Source: Edaphobacter aggregans
Lineage (GTDB): Bacteria; Acidobacteriota; Terriglobia; Terriglobales; Acidobacteriaceae
Direction of reading: 5' to 3'
DNA: 32,000 bases
NCBI RefSeq assembly: GCF_003945235.1
Contig: NZ_RSDW01000001.1
Location: 3,450,001-3,482,000, forward strand
Of this stretch, positions 6,839 to 16,293 are shown piece after piece. The position numbers were made by a program, and so were the translations under genes. The notes under the pieces are model-generated. The model was not told where the DNA came from. It did no database searches and saw only the letters and a program-made list of their open reading frames with translations. The first letter of the stretch is position 1, and the number at the start of each line of letters is the position of its first letter.

Positions 6839-8910
6839 TGGATACAACTGGTTCTCGCGTCCTCTTATTGTCATCCCACACGCGCAGGCGTTTTCCTATA
6901 ACTGGGCAAGCTGGGTGCTACCGTTTCATCTATCGGCTTATATGCACTATGTGTGCTGTCTTCGTTTTAACCTTTACTGCATCTTCTTGGTGCTTTTCAT
7001 CTGGCATTGTTCTAATTCGCTCGGCAGACCCGTCGCCGGAGCAACGCGAACTCGAATTTGCTGCCCGGTTCTATGGGGTTAATTTGGAAGTTGTTACGGC
7101 GAGTGATAGTAACAAAGCCTTCGTACTTGGAGCTATCCGACAGGATGCGAACTTGGCTGTTGCAATTGAGGCGGGGGCACTCAACGATATTAATCCGAAA
7201 GCATTGCTTCAGGCTCTGCATCGAGAGCGAGCAGGCAGTATACCGTTACTGGTTTTTGCCATAACACCAGATGTGGATCAAGTTCTTTTGCGTCAATTGT
7301 CGGGTGGTGCCGTAACCGGCTCAGGATATATAAAAAGTTTATCGGGCTTGCATTATGTGGTTGGACGAGTCGCTGGTCTGACGCAACAATTGACAAATGT
7401 TGATTTCCCAATTTCTGGCAACCACATAAGTTATTTTTACCGAACAGAACACAGCCACGCTCAAGTAATCATCTCAGCCCGAGATAATCATCAAGCCGTT
7501 CCCATATTCCTGGAGGCGGACCTCGGCCAGCAAAAGGTATTTCTGCTATGTAATACACTTCCAAACAATCGCATAACCGATACAATCTCCGAAAGTATGG
7601 AGGCCGGATTTGCAAAAATTGCGCCCGTGATGATGTTTGTGAAGTTTAGTGCCGGCGAACGAGGTTGGCACGCTTTGCATCATTACGCAAACCTAACAAT
7701 CGATGATCCATGGCTTCGTGAGCCATACGGAAATCTAAGTTACGTAGGTCTTCTTGAGGAGATGGAAAAGCACGAATTCCATACAACCATTGCTTTCATT
7801 CCGTGGAATTACGATCGCAGCCAAGCAGATGTTGTTTCACTATTTCGAAATCATCCCAATAGATTTTCGATCGCGATCCACGGAGACAATCACGATCACA
7901 AAGAATTCACCGACTATCGGAGCAAGTCTCTGACAGCACAGGTCGATGACCTTAAGCAAGCCTTAAGCAGAATGGAAAGTTTTCAGAAACTAACAGGAAT
8001 CCCGTATGACAAAGTAATGATATTTCCTCACAGCATCGCACCAAAAGAGATGCTGGGAGCCCTCAAGACATACAACTATTCCGCCACCGTTAACTCGTCA
8101 AATGTTCCTCAAAATATCACTAGGCCCACGAACATGTCTGAGGCTCTCCGACCCGTTACATTGTTGTTCGATGGATTTCCCAGCATCAGTCGTTACTCCA
8201 CGGCAGTGCAAGTCCCGGAAGCGTACGTAGCTATTAATCAGTTTCTCGGAAATCCATTGTTTTTTTACGATCACTCAGAATTGTTTTCGCAGGGCATCGG
8301 CGCCTTCGACCCAGTGGCAGACGAAGTGAACAGACTTGAACCGGCTACCGAATGGCGTAGCTTAGGGGAAATCGTAAGGCATCTCTACGTCGTAAAACTT
8401 CGAAATGATTCCAATTATGACGTCCAATCATTTTCAAGTAACATTTGTTTGGAAAACGGAATCGGTCGAAGCTCGATATTCTACGTGCAAAAGCAGGAGA
8501 CAGGTGGCCAAACGATAGCCTCTGTTACTGTAGATGGAATAACTTATCCCTACAGTTTTCAAAAAGGTCAAATTAGCCTCGATATACCTGTTCCTTTGGG
8601 AGGCACGCGCTGCATATCGATCCAATATGCAAATGATTTGGAATTGGATCCGATCGGCCCGAAGCACGACTCTATCGTTGTCTACCTGCTTCGAATGGGA
8701 TCCGACTTTCGAGATATTTATTTGGCAAAGTCGAGCGCTGGTCTTGTAGCCATTCATTTCTATAACAAGCATGGGCTAAAGCCAGCTAAAGTAATTGGCT
8801 ATCTAGTTATTTTCTTGACCACGTTGATCTACGCCTGCTTCCGTCTGTGGATATCTGTAAAAAAGCGTTTTCTATCAAATCATCAGATTTCGCCGTCCCT
8901 AACGAACTGA
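6835..8910 (+). CDS. Large membrane protein anchored at both ends, function unknown, with a central NodB/DUF2334-like (putative deacetylase) motif pair
   Basis: 691-aa ORF with ATGA start/stop overlap to the upstream GT4. Hydrophobic segments near both ends: 'LICTMCAVFVLTFTASSWCF' and 'VIGYLVIFLTTLIYACFRLWI'. The central 'NLTIDDPWLREPYG ... TIAFIPWNYD ... FSIAIHGDNHDHKEF' resembles the T-[FI]-D-D and His-x3-His motifs of the polysaccharide deacetylase fold. The remaining ~450 aa are unrecognised. Confidence 0.5.
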   Translation: MMDTTGSRVLLLSSHTRRRFPITGQAGCYRFIYRLICTMCAVFVLTFTASSWCFSSGIVLIRSADPSPEQRELEFAARFYGVNLEVVTASDSNKAFVLGAIRQDANLAVAIEAGALNDINPKALLQALHRERAGSIPLLVFAITPDVDQVLLRQLSGGAVTGSGYIKSLSGLHYVVGRVAGLTQQLTNVDFPISGNHISYFYRTEHSHAQVIISARDNHQAVPIFLEADLGQQKVFLLCNTLPNNRITDTISESMEAGFAKIAPVMMFVKFSAGERGWHALHHYANLTIDDPWLREPYGNLSYVGLLEEMEKHEFHTTIAFIPWNYDRSQADVVSLFRNHPNRFSIAIHGDNHDHKEFTDYRSKSLTAQVDDLKQALSRMESFQKLTGIPYDKVMIFPHSIAPKEMLGALKTYNYSATVNSSNVPQNITRPTNMSEALRPVTLLFDGFPSISRYSTAVQVPEAYVAINQFLGNPLFFYDHSELFSQGIGAFDPVADEVNRLEPATEWRSLGEIVRHLYVVKLRNDSNYDVQSFSSNICLENGIGRSSIFYVQKQETGGQTIASVTVDGITYPYSFQKGQISLDIPVPLGGTRCISIQYANDLELDPIGPKHDSIVVYLLRMGSDFRDIYLAKSSAGLVAIHFYNKHGLKPAKVIGYLVIFLTTLIYACFRLWISVKKRFLSNHQISPSLTN

Positions 8911-9012
8911 ATCGCCGTACAAAACGGTCGCTGTCCTATTTTCAGCGGAGAATTGGTTTCTGACGAGCTTCGCCGAAAATTTTAGATCATCGTTACTTAC
9001 GAAGGTTATTCG

Positions 9013-9879
9013 ATGAATCCCAGGTATGTTATTGTCACTCCCGTTCGCGATGAGGAGAAGTACATAGAGTCCACCATTGAGTCAGTTCTTCACCAAACGA
9101 TACTTCCTGCTGAATGGGTGATCGTCGACGATGGCTCCGTCGACCGAACTGGTGAAATTGCGGACCGATATGCGATGCAACATTCATGGATTAGTGTTAT
9201 ACACCGCGAGAACAGAGGCTTCCGGAAGTCGGGCGGCGGGGTGATGGAAGCGTTTTACGATGGGTACAACAAACTCCAATCCGCGCACTGGGACTTCATC
9301 GTAAAACTCGATGGAGATTTAGATTTTGCACCCGACTATTTCGAGAAGTGCTTCGCTCACTTTTACCAAGATTCTAAACTCGGAATCGGCGGAGGAGAGA
9401 TTCATCATCTCGTTGATGGCGAGCTGAAGCTTGAGGTAAACCCGAGGTTTCATGTACGAGGAGCGACCAAAATTTACAAAAGAGCATGTTGGGAAGGAAT
9501 CGAAGGACTTTGGTTAGCCCCGGGATGGGACACCATCGACGAAGTCAAGGCGAATATGTTGGGTTGGAAGACCTATGCTTTCCCCGAACTGCATCTTCTT
9601 CATCATCGTTTCACTGGAACTGAGGAAGGTCTGTTCCGCGACAGAGTGAAGCACGGAGTAGCCTGTTACGTTTCTTGGTATCACCCGCTCTATGTAGTTG
9701 CGAGTTGCCTGCGGCGTCTAACTCAAAAACCTTATATCGTCGGTTCAATTGGAATCATGTACGGATTTTTAAAAGCTCATTTTGCTCGTTTACCGCGGTT
9801 GGAAGATCGCACTTATCGGGCTTACATCCGCGGTCAGCAATTGAGACGCCTTTGCGGATTGCAAACAATTTGGAAGTAA
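9013..9879 (+). CDS. Glycosyltransferase family 2 (GT-A)
   Basis: 'YVIVTPVRDEEKYIESTIESVLHQTILPAEWVIVDDGSVDRTGEI' and DxD-type 'KLDGDLDF'. The C-terminal stretch 'YHPLYVVASCLRRL...IVGSIGIMYGFL' is hydrophobic/amphipathic. Confidence 0.8.
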   Translation: MNPRYVIVTPVRDEEKYIESTIESVLHQTILPAEWVIVDDGSVDRTGEIADRYAMQHSWISVIHRENRGFRKSGGGVMEAFYDGYNKLQSAHWDFIVKLDGDLDFAPDYFEKCFAHFYQDSKLGIGGGEIHHLVDGELKLEVNPRFHVRGATKIYKRACWEGIEGLWLAPGWDTIDEVKANMLGWKTYAFPELHLLHHRFTGTEEGLFRDRVKHGVACYVSWYHPLYVVASCLRRLTQKPYIVGSIGIMYGFLKAHFARLPRLEDRTYRAYIRGQQLRRLCGLQTIWK

Positions 9880-9903
9880 TCACTCACCTGTGGCGTCGAA
9901 CTC

Positions 9904-11805
9904 ATGTGTGGAATCTGCGGCAAATTTGCCTTCGGGCCTAACGAGACTGTGTCGCCCGAGCTAGTGCGGGCGATGGCTGCCACGATTCGCCATCGTGGTC
10001 CAGACGACGAGGGGTACTACGTCTCGGGTCCGGTTGGGCTGGGCTTCCGCCGGCTTTCCATTATTGATCTTCAAAGTGGTCACCAACCTCTTTCAAACGA
10101 AGACGGTTCAATATGGATCGTCTTCAACGGAGAAATCTATAACTACCAGGAACTCCGCTCGCTTCTCTTAAGCAAAGGGCATGTCTTCAAGACCAAGACT
10201 GACACAGAAGTAATCATTCACCTTTATGAGGAGTATGGGCCTGATTGTCTAAAGGAATTGCGTGGGATGTTTGCCTTCGCTATATGGGATGGCAATGCAA
10301 AGACTTTGTTTCTCGCGAGAGATCGGGTAGGAATCAAGCCGCTTTACTATTGCCTAGATGATTCATGTTTAGTTTTCGCGTCTGAAATCAAAGCAATACT
10401 AGCTGATCCTTCGATTGACAGACAGATAGCTCCCGAACTCATCGATCGATTTCTGACCTTTCTGTATGTGCCGGGCGAGGAGACGCTCCTCAATGGAATT
10501 TCCAAGTTGGCCCCGGGGCACTACCTACTCGTCAATGATGGCAAGGCGATAATTAGACAATACTGGGACCTGCGTTTCAGAGAGCCACTAGAGGCCGTGA
10601 GCGCTCAAGATGCAGAAGCCGGCTTGCGGGATCTTTTGATTGAGACCGTCGGGCTGCACATGATCGCGGATGTTCCAGTGGGTATTCTTCTGAGTGGAGG
10701 GATTGATTCCACAGGAATATTGAGCCTCGCTGTGAATGCTACGGATAAGAAGATCAGCACTTTTACAGTAGGGTTTTCCGGAAACGAAATTGCAGATGAG
10801 AGGCCCTTTGCAAGGCTAGTCGCCGACAAATTTGGAACCCAGCACTATGACATGACGATTTCGGCCGATGATTTCGCGGCATTCCTGCCCCGATACATAT
10901 GGCACATGGAAGAACCGGTCTGTGAACCTCCGGCCATCGCACTTTATTATGTTTCCAAACTGGCGAAAAAATATGTTACGGTGCTTCTCTCAGGAGAAGG
11001 TGGAGACGAAGCATTTGCAGGTTACAGCAATTATCGAAACCTGGTTTGGCTTGAGCGTCTCAAGGCAAACGGCTCTTGGTTGAACAGCATCTTCGCCAAA
11101 GGATTTTCCCTCGCCGACTCATTGCTTGGCTCCCGTCGATTATCTGAATACGGGCCATTGATGAAGGAACACTTTCCGGACTATTACTACAGTCGCACGT
11201 CAAATCCCAATCGTTTTACTGGAAACGGGTTGGGTAAGGTTTACTCTTCTGATTTTGCGGAAGCAATTGACCGTGAACATAGTCTCGAACCAGTGCGCAG
11301 GCTGCAAAACCACGTCCGAGACCATAACACACTCGACGCGATGCTTTACATCGACACCAAGACCTGGTTGCCAGACGATCTTCTGATCAAAGCAGACAAA
11401 ATGACGATGGCCAACTCGATTGAACTTCGCGTGCCATTGTTAGACCACCGAGTGTTGGAATTTGCAGCATCACTGCCTCCCAGTCTCAAACTGAAGGGTC
11501 ACAATACGAAGTACATCTTGAAACAGGCACTCTCGCAGAAAATTCCAAATGAGATCCGCAATCGGAAAAAGGCTGGATTCCCAGTACCTTACGAATCGTG
11601 GCTTCGGAATGATCTAAAGGATGTCATCTGGGACGTGTTGACAGACAGCAAGACAATCAGCAGAGGCTATTTTCGCAAAGCTGCGATAGAAAGCTTGCTC
11701 AAGGCCAACTCGAACGGTGCCAACTACTCCAAAGAGATATTTTCTCTGCTCAGCCTTGAGTTGTGGCAACGAACATTTCTGGATAAGGAACAAGTTGCCT
11801 TATAG
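9904..11805 (+). CDS. Asparagine synthase (glutamine-hydrolysing)-family amidotransferase, EPS-locus type
   Basis: N-terminal Cys nucleophile 'MCGICG'. GATase-II motifs 'RGPDDEG', 'GHQPL', 'IVFNGEIYNY'. PP-loop 'LLSGGIDSTGI', then 'LLSGEGGDEAFAGY'. 633 aa. Confidence 0.9.
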   Translation: MCGICGKFAFGPNETVSPELVRAMAATIRHRGPDDEGYYVSGPVGLGFRRLSIIDLQSGHQPLSNEDGSIWIVFNGEIYNYQELRSLLLSKGHVFKTKTDTEVIIHLYEEYGPDCLKELRGMFAFAIWDGNAKTLFLARDRVGIKPLYYCLDDSCLVFASEIKAILADPSIDRQIAPELIDRFLTFLYVPGEETLLNGISKLAPGHYLLVNDGKAIIRQYWDLRFREPLEAVSAQDAEAGLRDLLIETVGLHMIADVPVGILLSGGIDSTGILSLAVNATDKKISTFTVGFSGNEIADERPFARLVADKFGTQHYDMTISADDFAAFLPRYIWHMEEPVCEPPAIALYYVSKLAKKYVTVLLSGEGGDEAFAGYSNYRNLVWLERLKANGSWLNSIFAKGFSLADSLLGSRRLSEYGPLMKEHFPDYYYSRTSNPNRFTGNGLGKVYSSDFAEAIDREHSLEPVRRLQNHVRDHNTLDAMLYIDTKTWLPDDLLIKADKMTMANSIELRVPLLDHRVLEFAASLPPSLKLKGHNTKYILKQALSQKIPNEIRNRKKAGFPVPYESWLRNDLKDVIWDVLTDSKTISRGYFRKAAIESLLKANSNGANYSKEIFSLLSLELWQRTFLDKEQVAL

Positions 11806-11809
11806 TAAA

Positions 11810-12859
11810 TTGACGGAATCCGCGATTAGCCTCGCGGCCAAAGGGTTTTGGCGTACGCCATACCGCTTTAGGCTTGCACGCGCAATCGGCCCTTCATATT
11901 CATTGCGTTGCGTAGTCTTCCATAATATTTCGGACGTTCAGTCGCCGTTTACCAACGGTATTAGGGTTACCACTACTCCGAAGAAATTCGAAGGGGCGCT
12001 AAGATTTATAACCTCCTACTATGTTCCCGTACGCCTTCAAGATCTTCTAACAAATTGTGATGGCCGTGGGTTACCACCCCGCGCAATGCTTGTTACATTC
12101 GACGATGCCTATGCATCGGTTGCCGAGTGGGCCGCGCCTCTCTGCCGACAATTTGCCGTGCCAGCAGTTTTTTTTGTAAACGCTGCGTTTCTTGATAATC
12201 AACGCCTTGCACCGGACAATCTTGTCTGCTATGTCGCTAATGTGCTGGGAATGGAGACAATCAAAGCGGCGGTCCGCGCCGTCCCAGGCCGCGAAACCTT
12301 CCAACTGCACTCTCTTACCGATGTTTTCGGAAGTTTTTTTCCGGTCATCTCGCTAAGAGAAAGGGAGGCCTTTCTTGAAGCGTTGCGTCAATTGGCTGGT
12401 ATCAACGAAAGTCGCCTTGCAAATGAAGCTTGCCTGTACATGACCAGCAAACAATTATGTAACCTAGGATCTTTCGACTTCGAAATCGGAAACCACACGT
12501 ATACACACACACACTTCAGGTCTCTCTCGCAGCAGGATTTCGTTTCAGAAGTTGACAGGAATAAGGCGGAATTGGAGGCCTTGCTAGGAACAAAGATACG
12601 TTCATTTAGCCAGCCCTACGGTTCTGCTGAGGATCTCACTTGTGAGTTAGCGAAGCATCTCGAACGCTCAGGGCACCAAGCCATATTTTTGAGCGAGAGC
12701 GTTGCCAATCCTCGAAGGCTTGACCTGTCCCATCTCAACAGGATCAGTACCTGTGCCCCAAGTGATGACGCGCTGTTCTTCGAAATCGAAGTTTTGCCAC
12801 GCCTTCGGGCGATACGAAATCGGATTTTCAAAACCCCGCTTCCATTTGCGGCGGCGTAA
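11810..12859 (+). CDS. Polysaccharide deacetylase (NodB homology / CE4 family)
   Basis: 'AMLVTFDDAYASV' (motif 1), 'FEIGNHTYTHTHF' (motif 2, H-[ST]-x-x-H), 'FSQPYGS' (motif 3-like). TTG 11810 lies 4 nt after the upstream TAG and is the first in-frame start beyond that stop. The track start at 11717 would overlap the amidotransferase by 89 nt. Confidence 0.8.
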   Translation: MTESAISLAAKGFWRTPYRFRLARAIGPSYSLRCVVFHNISDVQSPFTNGIRVTTTPKKFEGALRFITSYYVPVRLQDLLTNCDGRGLPPRAMLVTFDDAYASVAEWAAPLCRQFAVPAVFFVNAAFLDNQRLAPDNLVCYVANVLGMETIKAAVRAVPGRETFQLHSLTDVFGSFFPVISLREREAFLEALRQLAGINESRLANEACLYMTSKQLCNLGSFDFEIGNHTYTHTHFRSLSQQDFVSEVDRNKAELEALLGTKIRSFSQPYGSAEDLTCELAKHLERSGHQAIFLSESVANPRRLDLSHLNRISTCAPSDDALFFEIEVLPRLRAIRNRIFKTPLPFAAA

Positions 12860-12928
12860 ATTTGCTCATCGTTTAAAAGGACGCCTGAAAATCGAAAAAG
12901 CAACTGCCTTAGCGGAGAATGGTGCACA

Positions 12929-12977
<49 letters not shown>

Positions 12978-13035
12978 AAGTCCAAATGTTTATATTGGCT
13001 CAACTTAGTACAACGGTGGGCTTAACTAAATCTCC

Positions 13036-14133
13036 ATGTCTAATTCTGTTTGGCAAGTTGAAGTGGACCGCGCAACGCCCGTCGAATGGTCACGGATGCT
13101 TGATCTTTTCGACGACGCGAACATCTATCAGACAGCAGCATATGGTAGCGTCCGTTGGGGTGAGAGAAGTTTGAGTCGTCTCGTATTAAAGAGAGACAAC
13201 GAAGTCATGGGGATGGCCCAACTCAGAATCATTCGTCCCACTCCGCTCAAATTTGGGATGGCTTATCTGCGTTGGGGGCCCCTCTGGGAACGGCGTTGCC
13301 GGACTCTCGATCCCGAGGTTCCTATTCGTCTGGCCGCTGCTATTGAGGAAGAATACTCTAAAACGAGGAAACTCTTCGTGAGCATTCTTCCTAACGCTTT
13401 TACCGGATCGCCGCGGGCCGAAGTATTTCAGTCTGCTTTTTCGAAATTTGTTCGGGATGCCAACGGACCTGGTGATATATACCGAACTTTCCTTATGGAT
13501 ATTAGTCCGCCACTTGAAGAGTTGCGGAGCAAACTCGATGCGAAATGGCGAAACAAGCTTAAGGGATCCGAAAAAAATAATTTGACAGTGATCTCTGGAA
13601 ATGGGAGGGAAGAGTATCGCACCTTCAGCGAGATCTACTCCCAGATGCGCCGGCGCAAGGCGTTTCAAACGACAGTAGATGTTGATGAATTCGGGCGGAT
13701 ACAGGAGGCTCTCCCGGAATCACAACGCTTGCGCGTTCTGATCTGTCAAAATGAGGGTGTTCCCGTGGCTGGCCTCGTTGCCTCGGCGATGGGCGAATCC
13801 GCTATTTACCTGCTTGGCGCCACCAGTGACGCCGGATTGAATTCCAAGGGCGCCTATCTCTTACAGTGGACCTTGATTTCTTGGCTCAAGAAACACGGTA
13901 TTAAATCGTATGACCTCGGAGGTATTGATCCCGAAGGGAATCCGGGCGTCCATTATTTCAAGAGAGGGCTTTCGGGCGTGGACATTTGTCAGATTAGCCC
14001 ATTCTTTGTGTCAGAGAGCGTCGTCTCTTCCGGGGTCGCCATGATAGGTCTGGGAATCCAACGCACGCTTCACTTCTCCTTAGGAGCTCTAAACCGTGGC
14101 CACTTCATCAAACAGCCTGCGGCCAGAAGTTAG
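13036..14133 (+). CDS. FemAB-related / GNAT-fold (aminoacyl)transferase, EPS-locus type
   Basis: 365 aa. 'DDANIYQTAAYGSVRW' and 'AIYLLGATSDAGLNSKGAYLLQWTLISWLKKHGIKSYDLGGI' resemble FemAB-family proteins found in PEP-CTERM-type EPS loci. By-eye assignment only. Confidence 0.65.
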   Translation: MSNSVWQVEVDRATPVEWSRMLDLFDDANIYQTAAYGSVRWGERSLSRLVLKRDNEVMGMAQLRIIRPTPLKFGMAYLRWGPLWERRCRTLDPEVPIRLAAAIEEEYSKTRKLFVSILPNAFTGSPRAEVFQSAFSKFVRDANGPGDIYRTFLMDISPPLEELRSKLDAKWRNKLKGSEKNNLTVISGNGREEYRTFSEIYSQMRRRKAFQTTVDVDEFGRIQEALPESQRLRVLICQNEGVPVAGLVASAMGESAIYLLGATSDAGLNSKGAYLLQWTLISWLKKHGIKSYDLGGIDPEGNPGVHYFKRGLSGVDICQISPFFVSESVVSSGVAMIGLGIQRTLHFSLGALNRGHFIKQPAARS

Positions 14134-14137
14134 GCAA

Positions 14138-15103
14138 ATGTCGCCTTCAACCACATCCATAGAAATATCCGTCGTCATCGTTGGCTGGAATGCCAAGCAT
14201 TATCTGGAGTTATGTCTCGAAAGCCTAGCCGAAGCTCCTCCGCGGCGTAGCATGGAAGTTCTAGTTATCGATAATGCATCTACGGACGACTCGGTCGAGA
14301 TGATCGAAGCCAAATTTCCCTGGGCGAAATTGATTAAGAGTGAGGAAAACTTAGGTTTCGCTAAGGGAAATAATGTGGCCATCCGGCAGTGCAAAGGACG
14401 TTATATCGCGCTCGTGAATCCGGATGTGATCGTATTTCCAGGTTGCCTAGACACGCTTGCGGACTTTCTCGATCAGAATCCAAAAGTGGGAAATGTGGGG
14501 CCGCGCGTTTTCAATCCGGATATGACTCAGCAAAGCACCTGCCGGCGGTTTCCCACGCTGTGGAACAATTTTTGTTCCGTAACCCGCTTAGAAAGGATAT
14601 TCAAAGCTTCCTATTTTTTCGCGGGGGAGCACATGTTCTACTTTCCGCATGACCGCATGCTGGCGGTAGATGTCATCGTGGGTTGTTTCTCGATGATTCG
14701 TCGAGAAGCTTTTGATGACGTGGGACTACTCGATGAAGGCTTGTTCATGTACGGGGATGATGTCGATTGGTGCCGTCGTGCTAGAAATGCCGGATGGCAG
14801 GTAATTTTCTGTCCAGAAGCACGTGCCATCCATGACCAGGGCAAAACCACAGCCCCATTTCCTGTTCGCTTTGCAGTCGCGCAACAGCGCTCGGTTTTGC
14901 ACTATTGGAAAAAACACCACACGTTTCTGGGTGTGTTAGGAATCCGGAGTCTCATGTTTTTCCGTCATTTGCCTCGCTACGTGGTCGCGGGTCTTACAAG
15001 TCTTGCGTTTCCCCGGAAAAATTCAGAAAGCGAAGTACGAAAACGGGTGAGCGCTGCTTGCCTGAAACAACTCGTCTATGGCAGTGTGCGGAACTCAGAT
15101 TGA
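14138..15103 (+). CDS. Glycosyltransferase family 2 (rhamnosyltransferase-like subgroup)
   Basis: ATG 14138 lies 4 nt after the upstream TAG. Motifs 'ISVVIVGWNAKHYLELCLESL', 'VLVIDNASTDDS', 'NLGFAKGNN', 'LVNPDV', 'FMYGDDVDWCRRARNAGW'. Confidence 0.85.
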   Translation: MSPSTTSIEISVVIVGWNAKHYLELCLESLAEAPPRRSMEVLVIDNASTDDSVEMIEAKFPWAKLIKSEENLGFAKGNNVAIRQCKGRYIALVNPDVIVFPGCLDTLADFLDQNPKVGNVGPRVFNPDMTQQSTCRRFPTLWNNFCSVTRLERIFKASYFFAGEHMFYFPHDRMLAVDVIVGCFSMIRREAFDDVGLLDEGLFMYGDDVDWCRRARNAGWQVIFCPEARAIHDQGKTTAPFPVRFAVAQQRSVLHYWKKHHTFLGVLGIRSLMFFRHLPRYVVAGLTSLAFPRKNSESEVRKRVSAACLKQLVYGSVRNSD

Positions 15104-15118
15104 GAAACGGCCAGTGTT

Positions 15119-15826
15119 ATGAGCATTTCTAATGCTATTTTGCGCTCTACGGTATATCTCAAGCGACATGGCTTGGTGGCAACGATACGCCGCGTCCAAC
15201 TCGCTGGAAACCGAGCGCTTTTCGCAGACCGCATGGCGGTCCTGTACTGCGATCTGAGCGAGCGAGGTTTGCCGCAGATAAATGTTCCGGTAGTCCTGAA
15301 AGTGAAACGCCTCAGATCTTTAACTGAACTCAGCGCGGAAAATTTGAAAACAATGACCAGCTTCTGGAACCCAAAACTGGCAAACCGAAATATCCGAGAA
15401 CGCTTCGAGAAGGGAGCTTCGCTATGGTTGGTCGAATGCCAAGAGCGATTGGCTGGTTATGGCTGGACGTTGCAGGGACGCACCATGGCACCTTATTATT
15501 TTCCATTAGCACAGGATGACGTGCACCTTTTCGATTTCCACGTGTTTCCTCTTTATCGCGGACGCGGAATTAATCCGTACTTAATCTGCCGTATTCTCGA
15601 TGGTCTCGCTACGAATTGTCGGGGACGAGCGTTCATTGAGGTGGCGGAATGGAATGACCCACAGTTGTCGTCCCTTCGAAAGACTCCCTTTCGCTGTTTG
15701 GGGTCGGCTAGGTCTTTCACGATTATGGGTTACACTCTCGTGTCATGGATTAAGAACGACATCGTTGCACAGATCAATAAAGGCACAGATCCGGCCGATC
15801 AGATTTTTGGAACAGCGACCAAATGA
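15119..15826 (+). CDS. GNAT-family N-acetyltransferase
   Basis: 'FDFHVFPLYRGRGINPYLICRILDGLA' fits GNAT motif A (R-x-x-G-x-G/A CoA loop). 235 aa, starting 15 nt after the upstream stop. Confidence 0.6.
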   Translation: MSISNAILRSTVYLKRHGLVATIRRVQLAGNRALFADRMAVLYCDLSERGLPQINVPVVLKVKRLRSLTELSAENLKTMTSFWNPKLANRNIRERFEKGASLWLVECQERLAGYGWTLQGRTMAPYYFPLAQDDVHLFDFHVFPLYRGRGINPYLICRILDGLATNCRGRAFIEVAEWNDPQLSSLRKTPFRCLGSARSFTIMGYTLVSWIKNDIVAQINKGTDPADQIFGTATK

Positions 15827-16293
15827 GCAGTGAGCATCCAGAGAATCTCCGTTCTCCGCACGTTAGCTCAAGCTTCGCCACATCGCTTCCGTACAGCATC
15901 AATCCAAACGTACCCTGCCGGTTGGAAGTTCTTATAGCGCCATTCGGTATAGAGACATCGTTTCTGACCCGAAAGGTGTAGAGGAGGTCTGCATCACCTG
16001 TGCTATGATTTGGGGGAATATAAGGCTGCACCTCGCGCCCAATAAATCTATTGGCACGATATTATTTTGGGCCCGTTTCCGCGAGCGTTTTCGGCAGACG
16101 CCGTATTGCACGGGCAGTAATAAAAGAGTTCCGCGAGAGCTTTTTGAAAGCTCGCTATTTCGATTGACGCCTCGCCTGGCGTGTTTGCCTGCCCACTGAA
16201 ACCAAATCTGGCTGCTGACCGGTGACAATGACCCTTGTCAATGTATGTCTCTGCGCAGCTCAACATTAGTTACTCTGGCTAGGAGATGTTGAT

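Noticed and set aside
11717-11809. Track-suggested upstream starts that create long overlaps (11717 for the deacetylase; likewise 14096 for the GT2 and 24809 for the methyltransferase)
   Set aside because: These extensions overlap the preceding gene by 38-187 nt and add non-conserved-looking residues. In each case a start codon lies within about 20 nt after the upstream stop and is more parsimonious.
15774-16266. Three minus-strand ORFs (85, 98 and 72 aa) in the GNAT/beta-helix gap
   Set aside because: They overlap each other in different frames, one intrudes into the GNAT 3' end, and none has a motif I can name. They are possibly a decayed gene, but none is supportable as a CDS.
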